A stretch of 64,000 bases of DNA from Clostridia bacterium. Its GTDB lineage: Bacteria; Bacillota; Clostridia; RUG12999. Below, piece after piece: positions 8,595 through 20,061 of this stretch (the first letter of the stretch is position 1; each line of letters opens with the position of its first letter). A model generated the notes under the pieces. That model made no database searches and was not told the DNA's origin. It saw nothing but the letters and a program-made list of their open reading frames with translations. The stretch is taken from NCBI GenBank assembly GCA_022801925.1, contig JAAWTG010000007.1, forward strand, positions 211-64,210, given 5' to 3'. The position numbers and the translations under genes are program-made.

Positions 8595-10043
8595 ATGTTG
8601 TTTGATACCATTCGGGATGGCATGGATTATAAAAGACTGGCGGGCGGAAAGTGGCTGAACGGTAAAGAATATTTGGAAATTGTTTCACCGGTAGACGGCA
8701 GTTTATGCGGTAGGGTGCCTATGATGGAGGATGCGGACATTCATGCAGCGGTAGAGTCCTGCGCCGCTGCGCAAAAACAGTGGCAGAAAGTGCCGCTGGC
8801 GCAGCGCGGTGACATTTTATTGCGCTGCGCAGACTTGTTGGAGGAACATCAGGAGGAACTGGCAGATATGCTGGTACGCGAAATCGCAAAAGATATTTCC
8901 AGCAGCCGCGCGGAGGTGCAACGGACGGCGGAACTGATACGTGCGACCGTACAGTTTGCAAAAACCATGACGGGAGAAACGCTGCAAGGCGGTGCTATGG
9001 GACGTGAATCAACGGCAAAAACAGCGATTGTATCGAGGGTACCGTTGGGCGTTATTCTGGCGGTGTCACCCTTTAATTATCCGATTAATTTGGCGATGAG
9101 CAAAATTGTACCAGCGCTTGTAATGGGAAATGCCGTAGTGTTTAAACCGCCATCGCAAGGAGCTGTTGTTTCCCTTTGCATGGTGCAGTGTTTACAGGCA
9201 GCCGGATTGCCGGACGGACTGCTGGGCACCATCACAGGCGCAGGCAAAAGAGTGGGGCAACAACTGCTGCGGGAGCCTTCCATTCATATGATTAATTTCA
9301 CCGGCAGCACACAGGTGGGACAAATCATTGCGAAAGGCGCAGGAATGATTCCGCTTGTCATGGAATTAGGCGGCAAGGATGCGGCGGTAGTTTTGGCAGA
9401 TGCAGATTTAGACCACGCAGTCAGTCAAATTATCAGCGGCGCATTTGGCTATTCGGGACAGCGCTGTACGGCAATCAAACGGGTGTTGGTGCTGGAACAA
9501 GTGGCAGATGAATTTGTCTCTAAATTGAAAGAAAAAATGAAAGAAATCACGGTTGGAAATCCCTATGATGGATGCATGGTAACGCCGCTGATTCATGAAG
9601 CAGCAGCAGATTTTGTGATGGAACTGGTAGAGGACGCCCAAAGTCGCGGCGCGGATATTTTTACAACAGGACAGCGCAGGGGAAATTTACTCTATCCCAT
9701 TTGTGCCGACCATGTGACGGAGGAGATGCGTTTGGCATGGGAGGAACCGTTCGGTCCTATACTACCTGTACTGCGCGTAAAATCGGCAGAGGAAGCGGTA
9801 CGCATTGCCAACAAAAGCGAATATGGATTGCAAGCGTCTGTGTTCGGCAATAACATCAGAGAAGTGTTTGATGTTGTGGAACAAGTGGAAGCAGGGACGG
9901 TCAACATCAATGGAAAAAGCGAACGATCTCCCGACCATTTCCCCTTTTTGGGAATCAAACAGTCGGGTATTGGCGTACAGGGAATCCGTTATGCGCTAGA
10001 GGCCAGTTCGACGGTTAAATCAGTGGTACTGAACAAGATATAA
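8595..10043 (+). CDS. gapN: Non-phosphorylating NADP-dependent glyceraldehyde-3-phosphate dehydrogenase (ALDH family)
   Basis: Blocks SPFNYPINLA, GAFGYSGQRCTAIKRVLV, MRLAWEEPFGPILPVLRV and NKSEYGLQASVF closely match my memory of characterised streptococcal GapN. GGAGG lies 8 nt before ATG 8595 (the ORF track starts at GTG 8580). Confidence 0.88.
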   Translation: MLFDTIRDGMDYKRLAGGKWLNGKEYLEIVSPVDGSLCGRVPMMEDADIHAAVESCAAAQKQWQKVPLAQRGDILLRCADLLEEHQEELADMLVREIAKDISSSRAEVQRTAELIRATVQFAKTMTGETLQGGAMGRESTAKTAIVSRVPLGVILAVSPFNYPINLAMSKIVPALVMGNAVVFKPPSQGAVVSLCMVQCLQAAGLPDGLLGTITGAGKRVGQQLLREPSIHMINFTGSTQVGQIIAKGAGMIPLVMELGGKDAAVVLADADLDHAVSQIISGAFGYSGQRCTAIKRVLVLEQVADEFVSKLKEKMKEITVGNPYDGCMVTPLIHEAAADFVMELVEDAQSRGADIFTTGQRRGNLLYPICADHVTEEMRLAWEEPFGPILPVLRVKSAEEAVRIANKSEYGLQASVFGNNIREVFDVVEQVEAGTVNINGKSERSPDHFPFLGIKQSGIGVQGIRYALEASSTVKSVVLNKI

Positions 10044-10176
10044 ACCGTAGAGAAAAATGGGGGGATACTTTTTTTAAAAAAGTGGAACAAATGAAATGGT
10101 TCCGCCGTCTAAAGAAATGTAATCCCCTCATTTGACCGGCTGTGAGACGCCGGTATACCTCATTATTTTTACATAG

Positions 10177-10219
10177 AAGCTGCTTCTAACATGTGGATAG
10201 TTAGAAGCAGCTTTTTTTA
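10177..10219 (+). terminator. Intrinsic terminator after gapN
   Basis: 13-bp stem aagctgcttctaa / ttagaagcagctt with an 11-nt loop, followed by a T7 run. Confidence 0.8.
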
Positions 10220-10289
10220 TATCCACAGAAATAGTGAAAAACGTATAAATCAGGTCGGAATTTCCTGTCGATTTTTTGTTGATTGAATC

Positions 10290-10318
10290 TTGCAATTCCT
10301 ATACGGATATGGTATAAT
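10290..10318 (+). promoter_or_regulatory. Sigma-A-type promoter of uvrBA
   Basis: TTGCAA (10290-10295), a 17-nt spacer, then TATAAT (10313-10318). Confidence 0.55.
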
Positions 10319-10386
10319 ATGAAACGCATACAAATGTTTGGGTTTTAAAATTTGAACTTTTATGGGACTAGAAACGGAGGTGCGGT

Positions 10387-12342
10387 ATGGATCAATTTGA
10401 ATTGGTGTCAGACTATCGTCCAACAGGCGACCAGCCGCAGGCAATTAAAGCATTAGCGGACGGGATTTTGAACCATGCCAAGGCGGAGGTGCTGCTGGGT
10501 GTGACAGGCTCAGGAAAAACGTTTACGGTTGCCAATGTCATTGAAAAAGTGAACAAACCGACGCTGGTGCTGGCGCATAATAAAACGTTGGCAGCGCAGT
10601 TATATGGCGAATTTAAAGAATTTTTCCCCAACAATGCGGTGGAATATTTTGTCTCCTACTATGATTATTACCAGCCGGAAGCCTACATTGCAAATACGGA
10701 TACTTATATCGAAAAAGACGCATCCATCAATGATGAGATAGATAAGCTGCGCCACTCTGCGACAGCGGCGTTGTTTGAACGAAAAGATGTGATTATCGTT
10801 TCCTCCGTCAGTTGTATCTATAGCTTAGGAGACCCGATTGACTATAAAAACATGGTGATTTCCCTGCGTCCCGGCATGGAAAAATCGCGGGAGGAACTGC
10901 TGCGGCAGCTTGTGGACATTCAATATGACCGCGGGGACGTGGATTTTGTCCGCGGACGGTTTCGCGTGCGCGGAGATACGGTGGAAATTTTTCCGGCAGG
11001 CAATAGTGAAAAAGCGATTCGTGTGGAATTTTTTGGTGATGAAATCGACAGGATTTCAGAAGTGGATTTTGTGACGGGCAACGTCATTGGTAAACGGAAT
11101 CATGTGGCGATTTTTCCCGCGTCACACTATGTGACAACGAAGGATAAGCTGGAAACGGCTATCCATGGGATCGAAAAAGAATTGGAAGAACGCTGCGCAG
11201 AGTTTGAGGAGCAGGGGAAACTGGTGGAAAAGCAACGTCTGTTACAGCGGACGCGTTATGATATTGAAATGCTGCGCGAGGTGGGATTCTGTTCCGGCAT
11301 TGAGAATTATTCCCGCCATATTAGTGGGCGTCCGGCGGGCAGCACGCCGCATACATTGATGGACTATTTTCCTAAAGATTTTCTGTTGGTAGTAGATGAG
11401 TCACATGTGACCATTCCACAGGTGCGCGCGATGTTCAACGGCGACCATGCGCGCAAAGAATCCCTGATTGAATATGGATTCCGATTGCCGTCGGCGTTTG
11501 ATAACCGCCCCATGAATTTCTCGGAATTTGAAGGAAAAGTGCATCAGGCGATTTTTGTTTCCGCAACGCCGGCGGACTATGAAAAAGAGAAAGCGGACGT
11601 CTTTGCCCAGCAGGTGATTCGACCGACCGGACTTTTAGACCCGGAAATTGACGTGCGTCCGGTAACGGGACAAATCGATGATTTGCTGTCGGAAATCCGT
11701 ATTCGCACAGAAAAGAACCAGCGTGTTTTGGTGACAACGCTGACCAAGAAAATGGCGGAAGCACTGACAGATTACCTGACGGAATGCGATGTGCAGGTAA
11801 AATATATGCATTCAGATGTGCAAACGCTGGAACGGATTGAAATTGTACGCGATTTCCGGCTAGGAAAATTTGACGTCTTGGTGGGTATCAATTTGCTCCG
11901 TGAAGGATTGGATATTCCAGAGGTATCGCTGGTTGCGATATTGGATGCGGACAAAGAAGGGTTCCTGCGCAGTGAAACGTCGCTGGTGCAGACCATTGGG
12001 CGTGCCGCGCGTAACAGCGAAGGAAAAGTCATTATGTATGCGGATAAAATCACGGAAGCAATGCGCCGGGCGATAGAGGAGACCAACCGCCGACGGTCGA
12101 TTCAAATGCAATATAATGAGGAAAACCACATCACGCCCAAAACCATTGTGAAAGATGTACGTGAAAAAATTGAAGCAACGGTTATGGAACCGGAAAAAGC
12201 AGCAAATGTATCAAGTGAAAATGTGGAGGAAAAAATTCGCGTGCTGACAAGCGAAATGCAAACTGCGGCGGAACTGCTGGAATTTGAACTTGCCGCCAAA
12301 CTGCGTGATGAAATCAAAGAACTACAAAAGAAATTGGGGTGA
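10387..12342 (+). CDS. uvrB: Excinuclease ABC subunit B
   Basis: [25 protein letters not shown], helicase motifs, and a C-terminal UVR domain ([16 protein letters not shown]). Confidence 0.97.
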   Translation: MDQFELVSDYRPTGDQPQAIKALADGILNHAKAEVLLGVTGSGKTFTVANVIEKVNKPTLVLAHNKTLAAQLYGEFKEFFPNNAVEYFVSYYDYYQPEAYIANTDTYIEKDASINDEIDKLRHSATAALFERKDVIIVSSVSCIYSLGDPIDYKNMVISLRPGMEKSREELLRQLVDIQYDRGDVDFVRGRFRVRGDTVEIFPAGNSEKAIRVEFFGDEIDRISEVDFVTGNVIGKRNHVAIFPASHYVTTKDKLETAIHGIEKELEERCAEFEEQGKLVEKQRLLQRTRYDIEMLREVGFCSGIENYSRHISGRPAGSTPHTLMDYFPKDFLLVVDESHVTIPQVRAMFNGDHARKESLIEYGFRLPSAFDNRPMNFSEFEGKVHQAIFVSATPADYEKEKADVFAQQVIRPTGLLDPEIDVRPVTGQIDDLLSEIRIRTEKNQRVLVTTLTKKMAEALTDYLTECDVQVKYMHSDVQTLERIEIVRDFRLGKFDVLVGINLLREGLDIPEVSLVAILDADKEGFLRSETSLVQTIGRAARNSEGKVIMYADKITEAMRRAIEETNRRRSIQMQYNEENHITPKTIVKDVREKIEATVMEPEKAANVSSENVEEKIRVLTSEMQTAAELLEFELAAKLRDEIKELQKKLG

Positions 12343-12348
12343 TATACG

Positions 12349-15171
12349 ATGTCTTTTGACAAAATTACGATTCAGGGTGCGAGGGAGCACAATTTAAAAA
12401 ACATAGATATTGAAGTGCCGCGGGAAAAATTGGTGGTGTTCACCGGACTTTCCGGTTCGGGAAAGTCGTCTCTGGCATTTGATACGATATATGCGGAAGG
12501 ACAACGGCGGTATGTGGAATCGCTGTCCGCTTATGCGCGGCAGTTTTTGGGACAGATGGAAAAACCAGATGTGGACTACATTGAAGGGCTTTCACCCGCC
12601 ATTTCCATTGACCAGAAAACCACCAGCAAAAATCCGCGTTCCACTGTGGGAACCGTGACGGAAATATATGACTATATGCGTTTGATGTACGCGCGTATCG
12701 GTGTGCCGCACTGTCCCAAATGCGGTGTTGAAATTCAGCAGCAGACCATTGACCAGATTTGCGACCAAGTGCTTGCGTTTGAGGAAGGAACGCGGATGCT
12801 GATTTTGGCGCCTGTGATTCGCGCCAAAAAAGGGCAGCATCAAAAAGTGCTGGAAACGGCAAAGAAAAACGGATATGTCCGCGTGCGTGTGGATGGGGAA
12901 ATGCGGGAACTGGAGGAAGAAATCAACTTAGAAAAAACGAAAAAGCACGATATTGATATTGTGGTAGATCGCCTGATTATTCGCCCGGGCGTGGAAACGC
13001 GTTTGACGGATTCTTTGGAAACAGCGTTGGGGCTGGCAGGCGGATTGGCATATGTCAGCATTGTGGACGGCGAGGAAATTTTGTTTAGTCAAAACTATGC
13101 GTGCAGCATTTGCGGCATGAGCATTGAAGAACTGTCGCCGCGTATGTTCTCGTTTAACAGCCCCTATGGCGCGTGTCCGACCTGTGCAGGGCTGGGTATG
13201 ATGATGAAAATAGACCCGGAACTGGTTTTGGATAAGAAAAAATCAATCCGTCAGGGCGGCATTTTAGCAAGCGGCTGGGGCAATGTGGGGGACGAAAATT
13301 CCCTTGCGGCAATGTATTTCGGCGCATTGGCAAAAGAATATGATTTCAGCCTTGACACGCCGATTGCACAGCTGCCGCAAAATGTCATGGATGTTATTTT
13401 ATACGGCAGCAAGGGTAAAAAAATGCAGTTTGAGTATAAGCGTTCCTTTGGCAGCACTTCCTATATGGGGACGTTTGAAGGCATTGTGAACAATCTGGAG
13501 CGCCGCTATACGGAAACACAATCCGATTATGCCAAAGCGGAAATTGAAAACTATATGAGCAATATTCACTGCCCAGACTGTCACGGAAAGCGACTGAAAC
13601 CGGAAGTGTTAGCGGTGACGGTCGGCGGCAAAAATATTGAAGAACTGACCTCTTTGTCCATTGTGAAAATCATGGAGTTTTTGGAACAGTTGGAATTAAC
13701 ACCCAAACAAGAACAAATTGCGTACCAGATTTTGAAAGAAATCAAAGCGCGGCTGGGATTTTTAGTGAATGTCGGACTGGATTACCTGACGTTGTCGCGC
13801 AGCGCCGGAACACTGTCCGGCGGGGAAGCGCAGCGGATTCGTTTGGCAACACAGATTGGCTCCGGTTTGATGGGCGTATTATATATTTTGGACGAACCCA
13901 GCATTGGGCTGCATCAGCGGGACAATGACCGTCTGCTGGAGGCGCTGAAACATTTGCGTGATTTGGGAAACACGCTGATTGTGGTGGAACATGATGAAGA
14001 TACCATGTATGCCGCCGATTGGATTGTGGATATTGGTCCGGGCGCGGGCATTCACGGCGGCGAAGTCGTGGCACAGGGAACGGTGGAAGACATCAAAGCG
14101 TGCGGGAACTCCATTACCGGTCAATATTTAAGCGGAACAAAGAAAATTGAAGTGCCGGCGCAGCGGCGTGGCGGGAACGGAAATGTGCTGACGGTGCGCG
14201 GAGCGGCGGAAAACAATTTGAAAAAAATTGATGTGGATTTTCCGCTGGGGACATTCATTGCAGTGACGGGCGTTTCAGGAAGCGGAAAAAGTTCGCTGAT
14301 TAACGAGATTTTGTATAAAATTTTGGCAACGGAACTCAATGGCGCGCGCAAACGCCCAGGCGCATATGATGAAATTGTCGGGCTGGAATATACCGACAAA
14401 GTGATTAACATTGACCAATCTCCCATCGGACGCACACCGCGTTCCAATCCGGCGACCTATACCGGCGTATTTTCCGATATCCGTGATTTGTTCGCAAGCA
14501 CCACAGACGCAAAAGCGCGCGGATATAAATCGGGACGTTTTAGCTTTAACATCAAGGGCGGACGCTGTGAGGCGTGCAGCGGAGACGGGATCAATAAAAT
14601 TGAAATGCATTTTCTGCCGGATATTTATGTTCCTTGCGAAGTTTGTAAAGGACAGCGGTATAACCGTGAAACGCTGGAAGTGCGTTATAAGGGCAAAAAT
14701 ATCAGTGAAGTGCTGAATATGACGGTAGATGAAGCGGTGGAATTCTTTGAAAATATCCCTAAAATCCACCGTAAAATTCAAACACTTTCCGAAGTGGGAC
14801 TGGGTTATATTAAACTGGGGCAAAGTTCCACTACGTTGTCTGGCGGGGAAGCGCAGCGTGTGAAACTGGCAACGGAACTGTCCAAACGTCCTACCGGAAA
14901 AACCGTCTATATTTTGGACGAGCCGACAACAGGGCTGCATACGGCGGACGTCCACAAACTGATTACGGTTTTGCAAAAATTTGTGGACAGCGGCAATACG
15001 GTCATTGTGATTGAACATAATCTGGACGTCATTAAAACCGCGGATTGGCTTATTGACCTCGGACCGGAGGGCGGCGACCGCGGTGGAAAAATTGTGGCAG
15101 CAGGGACGCCGGAAACCGTTGCAAAAGCAAAGGGCTCGTATACAGGAAAATATTTGAAAAAATACTTGTAA
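12349..15171 (+). CDS. uvrA: Excinuclease ABC subunit A
   Basis: [14 protein letters not shown], two ABC modules ([18 protein letters not shown], 2x LSGGEAQR) and Zn-finger Cys pairs. Confidence 0.97.
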   Translation: MSFDKITIQGAREHNLKNIDIEVPREKLVVFTGLSGSGKSSLAFDTIYAEGQRRYVESLSAYARQFLGQMEKPDVDYIEGLSPAISIDQKTTSKNPRSTVGTVTEIYDYMRLMYARIGVPHCPKCGVEIQQQTIDQICDQVLAFEEGTRMLILAPVIRAKKGQHQKVLETAKKNGYVRVRVDGEMRELEEEINLEKTKKHDIDIVVDRLIIRPGVETRLTDSLETALGLAGGLAYVSIVDGEEILFSQNYACSICGMSIEELSPRMFSFNSPYGACPTCAGLGMMMKIDPELVLDKKKSIRQGGILASGWGNVGDENSLAAMYFGALAKEYDFSLDTPIAQLPQNVMDVILYGSKGKKMQFEYKRSFGSTSYMGTFEGIVNNLERRYTETQSDYAKAEIENYMSNIHCPDCHGKRLKPEVLAVTVGGKNIEELTSLSIVKIMEFLEQLELTPKQEQIAYQILKEIKARLGFLVNVGLDYLTLSRSAGTLSGGEAQRIRLATQIGSGLMGVLYILDEPSIGLHQRDNDRLLEALKHLRDLGNTLIVVEHDEDTMYAADWIVDIGPGAGIHGGEVVAQGTVEDIKACGNSITGQYLSGTKKIEVPAQRRGGNGNVLTVRGAAENNLKKIDVDFPLGTFIAVTGVSGSGKSSLINEILYKILATELNGARKRPGAYDEIVGLEYTDKVINIDQSPIGRTPRSNPATYTGVFSDIRDLFASTTDAKARGYKSGRFSFNIKGGRCEACSGDGINKIEMHFLPDIYVPCEVCKGQRYNRETLEVRYKGKNISEVLNMTVDEAVEFFENIPKIHRKIQTLSEVGLGYIKLGQSSTTLSGGEAQRVKLATELSKRPTGKTVYILDEPTTGLHTADVHKLITVLQKFVDSGNTVIVIEHNLDVIKTADWLIDLGPEGGDRGGKIVAAGTPETVAKAKGSYTGKYLKKYL

Positions 15172-15209
15172 TTTTCCGCGCCTTACGGTACAATAAGAAT
15201 AGGAAGTTT

Positions 15210-15249
15210 GATACGTATGAAAAGGGTACTCTTTTCATACGTATCTTTT
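15210..15249 (+). terminator. Intrinsic terminator after uvrA
   Basis: Perfect 15-bp stem gatacgtatgaaaag / cttttcatacgtatc with a 6-nt loop, then TTTT. Confidence 0.85.
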
Positions 15250-15349
15250 CATAAGCATAAAGAATGTGCGCCGCAAGCGGCTGTCTCATAGATGACAGTG
15301 TGGGCAGGTCTTTTTATGCTCAATTTATGAAATATAGGAGCGGAATAAC

Positions 15350-16342
15350 ATGAAACAAATTGCAGTAATTGGTTCCGGAAGCTGGGGCTGCGCGTTGGCA
15401 GTGCTGCTTGCCGAAAAAGGATATGAAGTTCGTCTGTGGTCATTTTTTGAAGAAGAAAGTGCGGCGCTGGAGCGGGACAGGGAAAACAAAGCCTGCCTGC
15501 CGGGCGTGAAATTTCCGAATAATATTGTGTGCAGTCCGGATTTGGAATATTGCATCAAAGGAAGTGAGGCTGTTATCAGCAGTGTACCGTCCAAAGGTGT
15601 GCGCAGTACAGCGCAAAAAATGAAAGCATATTTAGACGTGGAAAAACAAATTGTTGTCAGCGTATCCAAGGGGTTGGAAGCGGATTCCTTCATGCGCTTG
15701 AGTGAGGTGCTGAAGGCGGAAATTCCGGGACTGCGGATTGCGGCATTGTCAGGACCGTCTCATGCGGAGGAAGTGGCGAAAAATATGCCGACCACCATTG
15801 TTGCGGCAGCGGAGGATATTTCAGTTGCGGAATATGTACAGGATTTGTTTATGACGGATTCTTTTCGCGTATATAAAAACACGGATATTGCGGGCGTGGA
15901 ATATGGCGGAGCGCTGAAAAACATCATTGCGCTATGCGCCGGTATTTCCGATGGCGCAGGGTTCGGCGACAACGCTAAAGCGGCACTGATGACGCGCGGT
16001 ATCGCGGAAATTTCGAGATTGGGCGTGGCACTGGGCGCAAAAGCAGAAACGTTTTCAGGACTCAGCGGAATCGGCGATTTGATTGTGACCTGTACTAGTA
16101 TGCATTCCCGCAACCGGCGGGCAGGTATTTTGATTGGACAGGGCATAAAGGTGGAGGACGCGCTGGCAGAGGTGAAAATGGTGGTGGAAGGCGTTCCGGC
16201 AACGCTTGCCGCCTATCATTTAGCGCGGCAGCAGGAAATTGAAATGCCAATTGTGGAACAGGCATACCGTGTATTGTTTGAAGGAGAAAGTCCTGTAAAA
16301 GCAGTCAGCGGACTGATGCTGCGGGACAGAAAACACGAATAA
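15350..16342 (+). CDS. gpsA: NAD(P)H-dependent glycerol-3-phosphate dehydrogenase
   Basis: IAVIGSGSWGCALA Rossmann motif, GALKNIIA, and family-typical length. Confidence 0.93.
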   Translation: MKQIAVIGSGSWGCALAVLLAEKGYEVRLWSFFEEESAALERDRENKACLPGVKFPNNIVCSPDLEYCIKGSEAVISSVPSKGVRSTAQKMKAYLDVEKQIVVSVSKGLEADSFMRLSEVLKAEIPGLRIAALSGPSHAEEVAKNMPTTIVAAAEDISVAEYVQDLFMTDSFRVYKNTDIAGVEYGGALKNIIALCAGISDGAGFGDNAKAALMTRGIAEISRLGVALGAKAETFSGLSGIGDLIVTCTSMHSRNRRAGILIGQGIKVEDALAEVKMVVEGVPATLAAYHLARQQEIEMPIVEQAYRVLFEGESPVKAVSGLMLRDRKHE

Positions 16343-16355
16343 GAGAAAAAGATAG

Positions 16356-18386
16356 GTGGAGAAGAACAGAAAAATGTGGGGGAATAGTTTATTGAAAAAA
16401 ATGCTGTGTCAAAACGGCATAAAATTTGTTTTAAGCAGTTGCATCAGCATGTCTGTAATGATAACATTAACTGTCTATGCTGATGTAACACTGGCACCGA
16501 TACATACCGATGCGCCCCAAACGTTAGAGGAACTGCGCCTGTCAGACTCGTCAGAGGTTGCTAAACTGCCGCGTTTTGACAGTCGCGATTATCAGATTAT
16601 CACACCCGTGAAAGATCAAGGCAGTTCAGATTTATGCTGGGCATATGCTTCTGTCAGTTGTTCAGAAGCTTCTATTTTGCGCAAGGGGATTGACCATGGG
16701 GCTACAAACAATACATTGTCGCTTTCTGCTGAAAATCTTGGGTATGCCAGACATAACAGAGGGTCAGACCCTTTGGGAAACACAAAAGGGGAAATAACAG
16801 GAGCGAATTGGTATAATACCAGCGGAGAACCTGGATATGGAGCAACAGTTTGGTCGCAGTGGTGTGGACCTGTCAAAACCGGCGTTACCGTTGATTTAAA
16901 AACGATATATAATAACACAGATTACCGATTGGAAAACGCGATTTGTATTGAAAATGAAAAAGACCGTGACGCGATTAAACGTGCGATTGTGCAATATGGA
17001 GCGGTCACATTTTCCTACAACAATAAATCGGAACGCGACTACCACAATGCCAAAAATGAAACAGGAAGTAGCGCATATCCGCATGCCTGCACGATTATTG
17101 GCTGGGACGATTCTATTCCGGCAGAGAAATTTCAGCCGGGCGGCGCTACGCAGGATGGCGGTTGGATTATCAAAAACAGTTACCATTCTCTTCCATATTT
17201 TTATTTGTCTTATGACTGTGGTAGTTCAACAATTATCGCGTTTGATTATGCAACGCGGGAAGAATATGAGTATAACTATTTTTATGACAGCCAAGTACAG
17301 GATTTTGGATTGACACTTTCTCTAAAATGTAACAATGCTGCTAACGTATTTGAAGCGAAAAAGGGTACGGACAGTATGTCTGAATATATTAAGGCAGTGA
17401 ATGTGGGAATCATTGGAAAGAATGTAACTTGCAAAGCGGAGATTTATACGGATTTGCAAAAGGAACAGGATATTAGCAATATTTCTAATATAACGCCTAC
17501 GAAGGGGACGCTTGTGGCACAGAAAACGGCGACATTTGAGCATTCCGGATATTATACCATCGTGTTGGATAAACCTATCAAAATTGAGAAGGGAAGTTAT
17601 TTCAGCGTGGTGGTAAAAGTGTCCAATGGCGCCGGTAATGCGGTTGTCAGGCTTACGCAGGAGAGTAATTTGACCTATCAGAATAAAGATTATTGGTATA
17701 AAAGCAAGTATGCCGCTCGTATCAAAGCATTCACGGTTTGCGAGGAAAACGGCGGTGTATGCGAACCGGAAGAACATATATGGGACAGCGGCGTTGTGAC
17801 GGAACCGGCAGGGTGTGAATCAATGGGAAACATGTTATATACCTGCACCATATGCGGACAGACGAAAAATGAAGCAATTGCGGCAGCGGGTCATCAATGG
17901 GATAAGTGGGAGATTACTGTAAATCCCACGCAGACTAAAACCGGAGCAGCGGTGCGAGGTTGTCTAAACGATACTACGCATAAGGAAAACCATACATTGC
18001 CGGTTCTGTCTGATACAACGGTGTGGGCAGCGGGCGACTTTGGTGCGCCGACAGAAAATCGAGACGGCTGGCAGGAATATACATCTGAATATGGGACGGT
18101 AACGGTAGTTTTGCCATGCCTGCCGCCGACAGTGTTCAGCGCACGTTATACCGATGATGGAAAGGTGATGGTAACGGCGCCAAGACCTGGTACTTATTAC
18201 ATGCTGTTTGCGGCATACAAAAACGGCAGAACTTGTAATGTTACTACGGTTCATGTTACGTTTCAGGAAGCGGGCAAACAGATTATCGTTCCACCTGCCG
18301 GCTTTGGTAATGACACGATAGGGGCGGTGCGCATATTTTTTTGGAATGTGTTTTCGGATATGTTGCCGCTATGCCCAGCCATTTAG
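16356..18386 (+). CDS. Secreted papain-like (C1 family) cysteine peptidase with Cys/His-rich C-terminal modules
   Basis: Signal-peptide-like N-terminus, the QGSSDLCWAYAS catalytic Cys motif, and HACTIIGWDD...WIIKNSY (His/Asn region). The start is uncertain (GTG 16356 or ATG 16374). Confidence 0.8.
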   Translation: MEKNRKMWGNSLLKKMLCQNGIKFVLSSCISMSVMITLTVYADVTLAPIHTDAPQTLEELRLSDSSEVAKLPRFDSRDYQIITPVKDQGSSDLCWAYASVSCSEASILRKGIDHGATNNTLSLSAENLGYARHNRGSDPLGNTKGEITGANWYNTSGEPGYGATVWSQWCGPVKTGVTVDLKTIYNNTDYRLENAICIENEKDRDAIKRAIVQYGAVTFSYNNKSERDYHNAKNETGSSAYPHACTIIGWDDSIPAEKFQPGGATQDGGWIIKNSYHSLPYFYLSYDCGSSTIIAFDYATREEYEYNYFYDSQVQDFGLTLSLKCNNAANVFEAKKGTDSMSEYIKAVNVGIIGKNVTCKAEIYTDLQKEQDISNISNITPTKGTLVAQKTATFEHSGYYTIVLDKPIKIEKGSYFSVVVKVSNGAGNAVVRLTQESNLTYQNKDYWYKSKYAARIKAFTVCEENGGVCEPEEHIWDSGVVTEPAGCESMGNMLYTCTICGQTKNEAIAAAGHQWDKWEITVNPTQTKTGAAVRGCLNDTTHKENHTLPVLSDTTVWAAGDFGAPTENRDGWQEYTSEYGTVTVVLPCLPPTVFSARYTDDGKVMVTAPRPGTYYMLFAAYKNGRTCNVTTVHVTFQEAGKQIIVPPAGFGNDTIGAVRIFFWNVFSDMLPLCPAI

Positions 18387-18412
18387 TCCATAAAATATGA
18401 TTACCGCTATGT

Positions 18413-18448
18413 AAAAAAGGATACCTTCATTAGAAGGTATCCTTTTTT
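18413..18448. terminator. Bidirectional intrinsic terminator between the peptidase and SASP genes
   Basis: aaaaaaggatacctt / aaggtatcctttttt: a 15-bp arm including A and T runs, with a 6-nt loop. Confidence 0.85.
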
Positions 18449-18462
18449 ATCATAAACGGTTG

Positions 18463-18669
18463 TTATTTGATGGAATTTTCGTAGGATTCGATCATTTTCT
18501 TAACCATCTGTCCACCTACGGAACCTGCTTCTCTACTTGTCAGGTCTCCGTTGTAACCCTGTTTCAGGTTAACGCCTACTTCGTTAGCAGCTTCCATTTT
18601 GAATTTGTCCATAGCAGCTGCAGCTTCCGGTACTACCAATTTGTTACTAGAGTTGTTGTTACTAGCCAT
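18463..18669 (-). CDS. Small acid-soluble spore protein, alpha/beta type
   Basis: 68 aa. KLVVPEAAAAMDKFKMEAANEVGV...GDLTSREAGSVGGQMVKKMIE is the canonical alpha/beta SASP signature. Confidence 0.93.
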   Translation of the reverse strand: MASNNNSSNKLVVPEAAAAMDKFKMEAANEVGVNLKQGYNGDLTSREAGSVGGQMVKKMIESYENSIK

Positions 18670-18858
18670 TGTTCATTCACTCCTGTGTCAAAATTTTGTT
18701 TAAAATAGTTTTGTTCGCACCTTAGTGCAATACTATTGTGTGTGAAATCTTTTTTTTCATGTAAGGAAATATTTTCTTATAAATCTGTGAAAAAAGAGAT
18801 TGCTTTTTTATGGGAAGTGTAATATAATGAACAAATGAATTTAGGGAGGCAAATAAGT

Positions 18859-20061
18859 ATGATAGAATATATAATATTAGGCGCATTGGCGCTGAATTTG
18901 ATATTGCTTTGTATTTTCATTTTCAAAAAAAATAAAAATCAGACCGGAAATGTGGAAGAGGTGGTCGAAAAAGCGGTTCGGACAGGAGAAGCACAATTAC
19001 GCCAAGAGATTTCTGCACGAATGGAAGCTTTTGAAACAAGTACTTTGCAAAAACTGACGCAAATGTCGGGTCTACAAATGAATCAAATCAGCGAAACGAC
19101 CAAAATGAGTCAGCAAATGCTGCAATATCTGTCTGAAACAGTGAATCGTAATTTAAAAGAGATTCGGGAAAACAACAATTTGCAAATGAACGATATGCGC
19201 AAAACGGTGGACGAGCAATTGAATCAAACGCTGGAAGCGCGGCTGACAAAATCGTTTCAAACGGTTTCCACGCAGTTAGAGCAGGTACATAGCGGTCTTG
19301 GGGAAATGAAGCATTTGGCGCAGGATGTCGGCGATTTGAAAAAAGTGTTGTCCAATGTAAAAACGCGCGGCATTTTGGGAGAATTGCAGCTCCAAAATAT
19401 TTTGGAAGAAGTGATGGCGCCGGGGCAGTATGAGGAAAATGTAGAAACGGTACGCGGCAGCAATAAACGGGTAGAATTTGCCATTCGGCTACCCGGAAAA
19501 GAAGACGGCGCAGTATATCTGCCCATAGATTCCAAATTTCCGCTGAATTATTATGAAACTTATTTGAATGCCGCGCAGACAGGGGACGCGCAGGAAGCGG
19601 CAGAATGCGGGAAACTGCTGGAAAGCGCTATCCGGCAATATGCAAAAGATATCTCTTTGAAATATATCAGCCCGCCGGAAACGACGGATTTTGGCGTAAT
19701 GTTTTTGCCAACGGAGGGGTTGTATGCGGAAATCGCGCGGCGCAGTGATTTGCTGGCGCAAATGCAGCATCGATATAAAGTGGTCATTACAGGTCCGTCC
19801 ACATTGTGCGCGCTGCTGAGCAGTCTGCAAATGGGATTTCGCACCCTCGCGCTGGAAAAACGGACAAGCGAGGTGTGGGATACGCTTTCCAGTGTGAAGA
19901 AAGAATTTGAAAAATTCGATATGGTGCTTCAGGAAGCGCAGACGAACCTGAATAAAGTGGGCAGCAGCATTGACAAATTGGTTGGTGTTCGGACAAGAAA
20001 AATATTATTAAGGCTGCGGGAGGTGCAGCAGCCGGAACAGGAGGAACAGCAGGATGTATGA
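18859..20061 (+). CDS. rmuC: DNA recombination protein RmuC
   Basis: N-terminal TM helix, a long coiled coil, and a C-terminal RmuC block (RGILGELQLQNILE...VEFAIRLPG...LPIDSKFP...FLPTEGLY). GGAGG lies 9 nt before ATG 18859. Confidence 0.88.
   Translation: MIEYIILGALALNLILLCIFIFKKNKNQTGNVEEVVEKAVRTGEAQLRQEISARMEAFETSTLQKLTQMSGLQMNQISETTKMSQQMLQYLSETVNRNLKEIRENNNLQMNDMRKTVDEQLNQTLEARLTKSFQTVSTQLEQVHSGLGEMKHLAQDVGDLKKVLSNVKTRGILGELQLQNILEEVMAPGQYEENVETVRGSNKRVEFAIRLPGKEDGAVYLPIDSKFPLNYYETYLNAAQTGDAQEAAECGKLLESAIRQYAKDISLKYISPPETTDFGVMFLPTEGLYAEIARRSDLLAQMQHRYKVVITGPSTLCALLSSLQMGFRTLALEKRTSEVWDTLSSVKKEFEKFDMVLQEAQTNLNKVGSSIDKLVGVRTRKILLRLREVQQPEQEEQQDV

Noticed and set aside
14275-15018. Long antisense 'shadow' ORFs inside well-supported genes: 14275..15018 in uvrA, 5818..6594 in the hydrogenase-like gene, 20888..21595 in the heparinase-like gene, 44448..45185 in the PucR-like gene, 45945..46556 across ftsE/ftsX, 52541..53263 in gpr, 61820..62488 in the DUF2264-like gene, and 62806..63492 across marR/MATE
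   Set aside because: In each case the opposite strand encodes a protein with multiple family-specific motifs. The shadow ORFs have biased, repetitive composition and no SD, which is typical of frame -1 or -2 artefacts in ~50% GC coding DNA.
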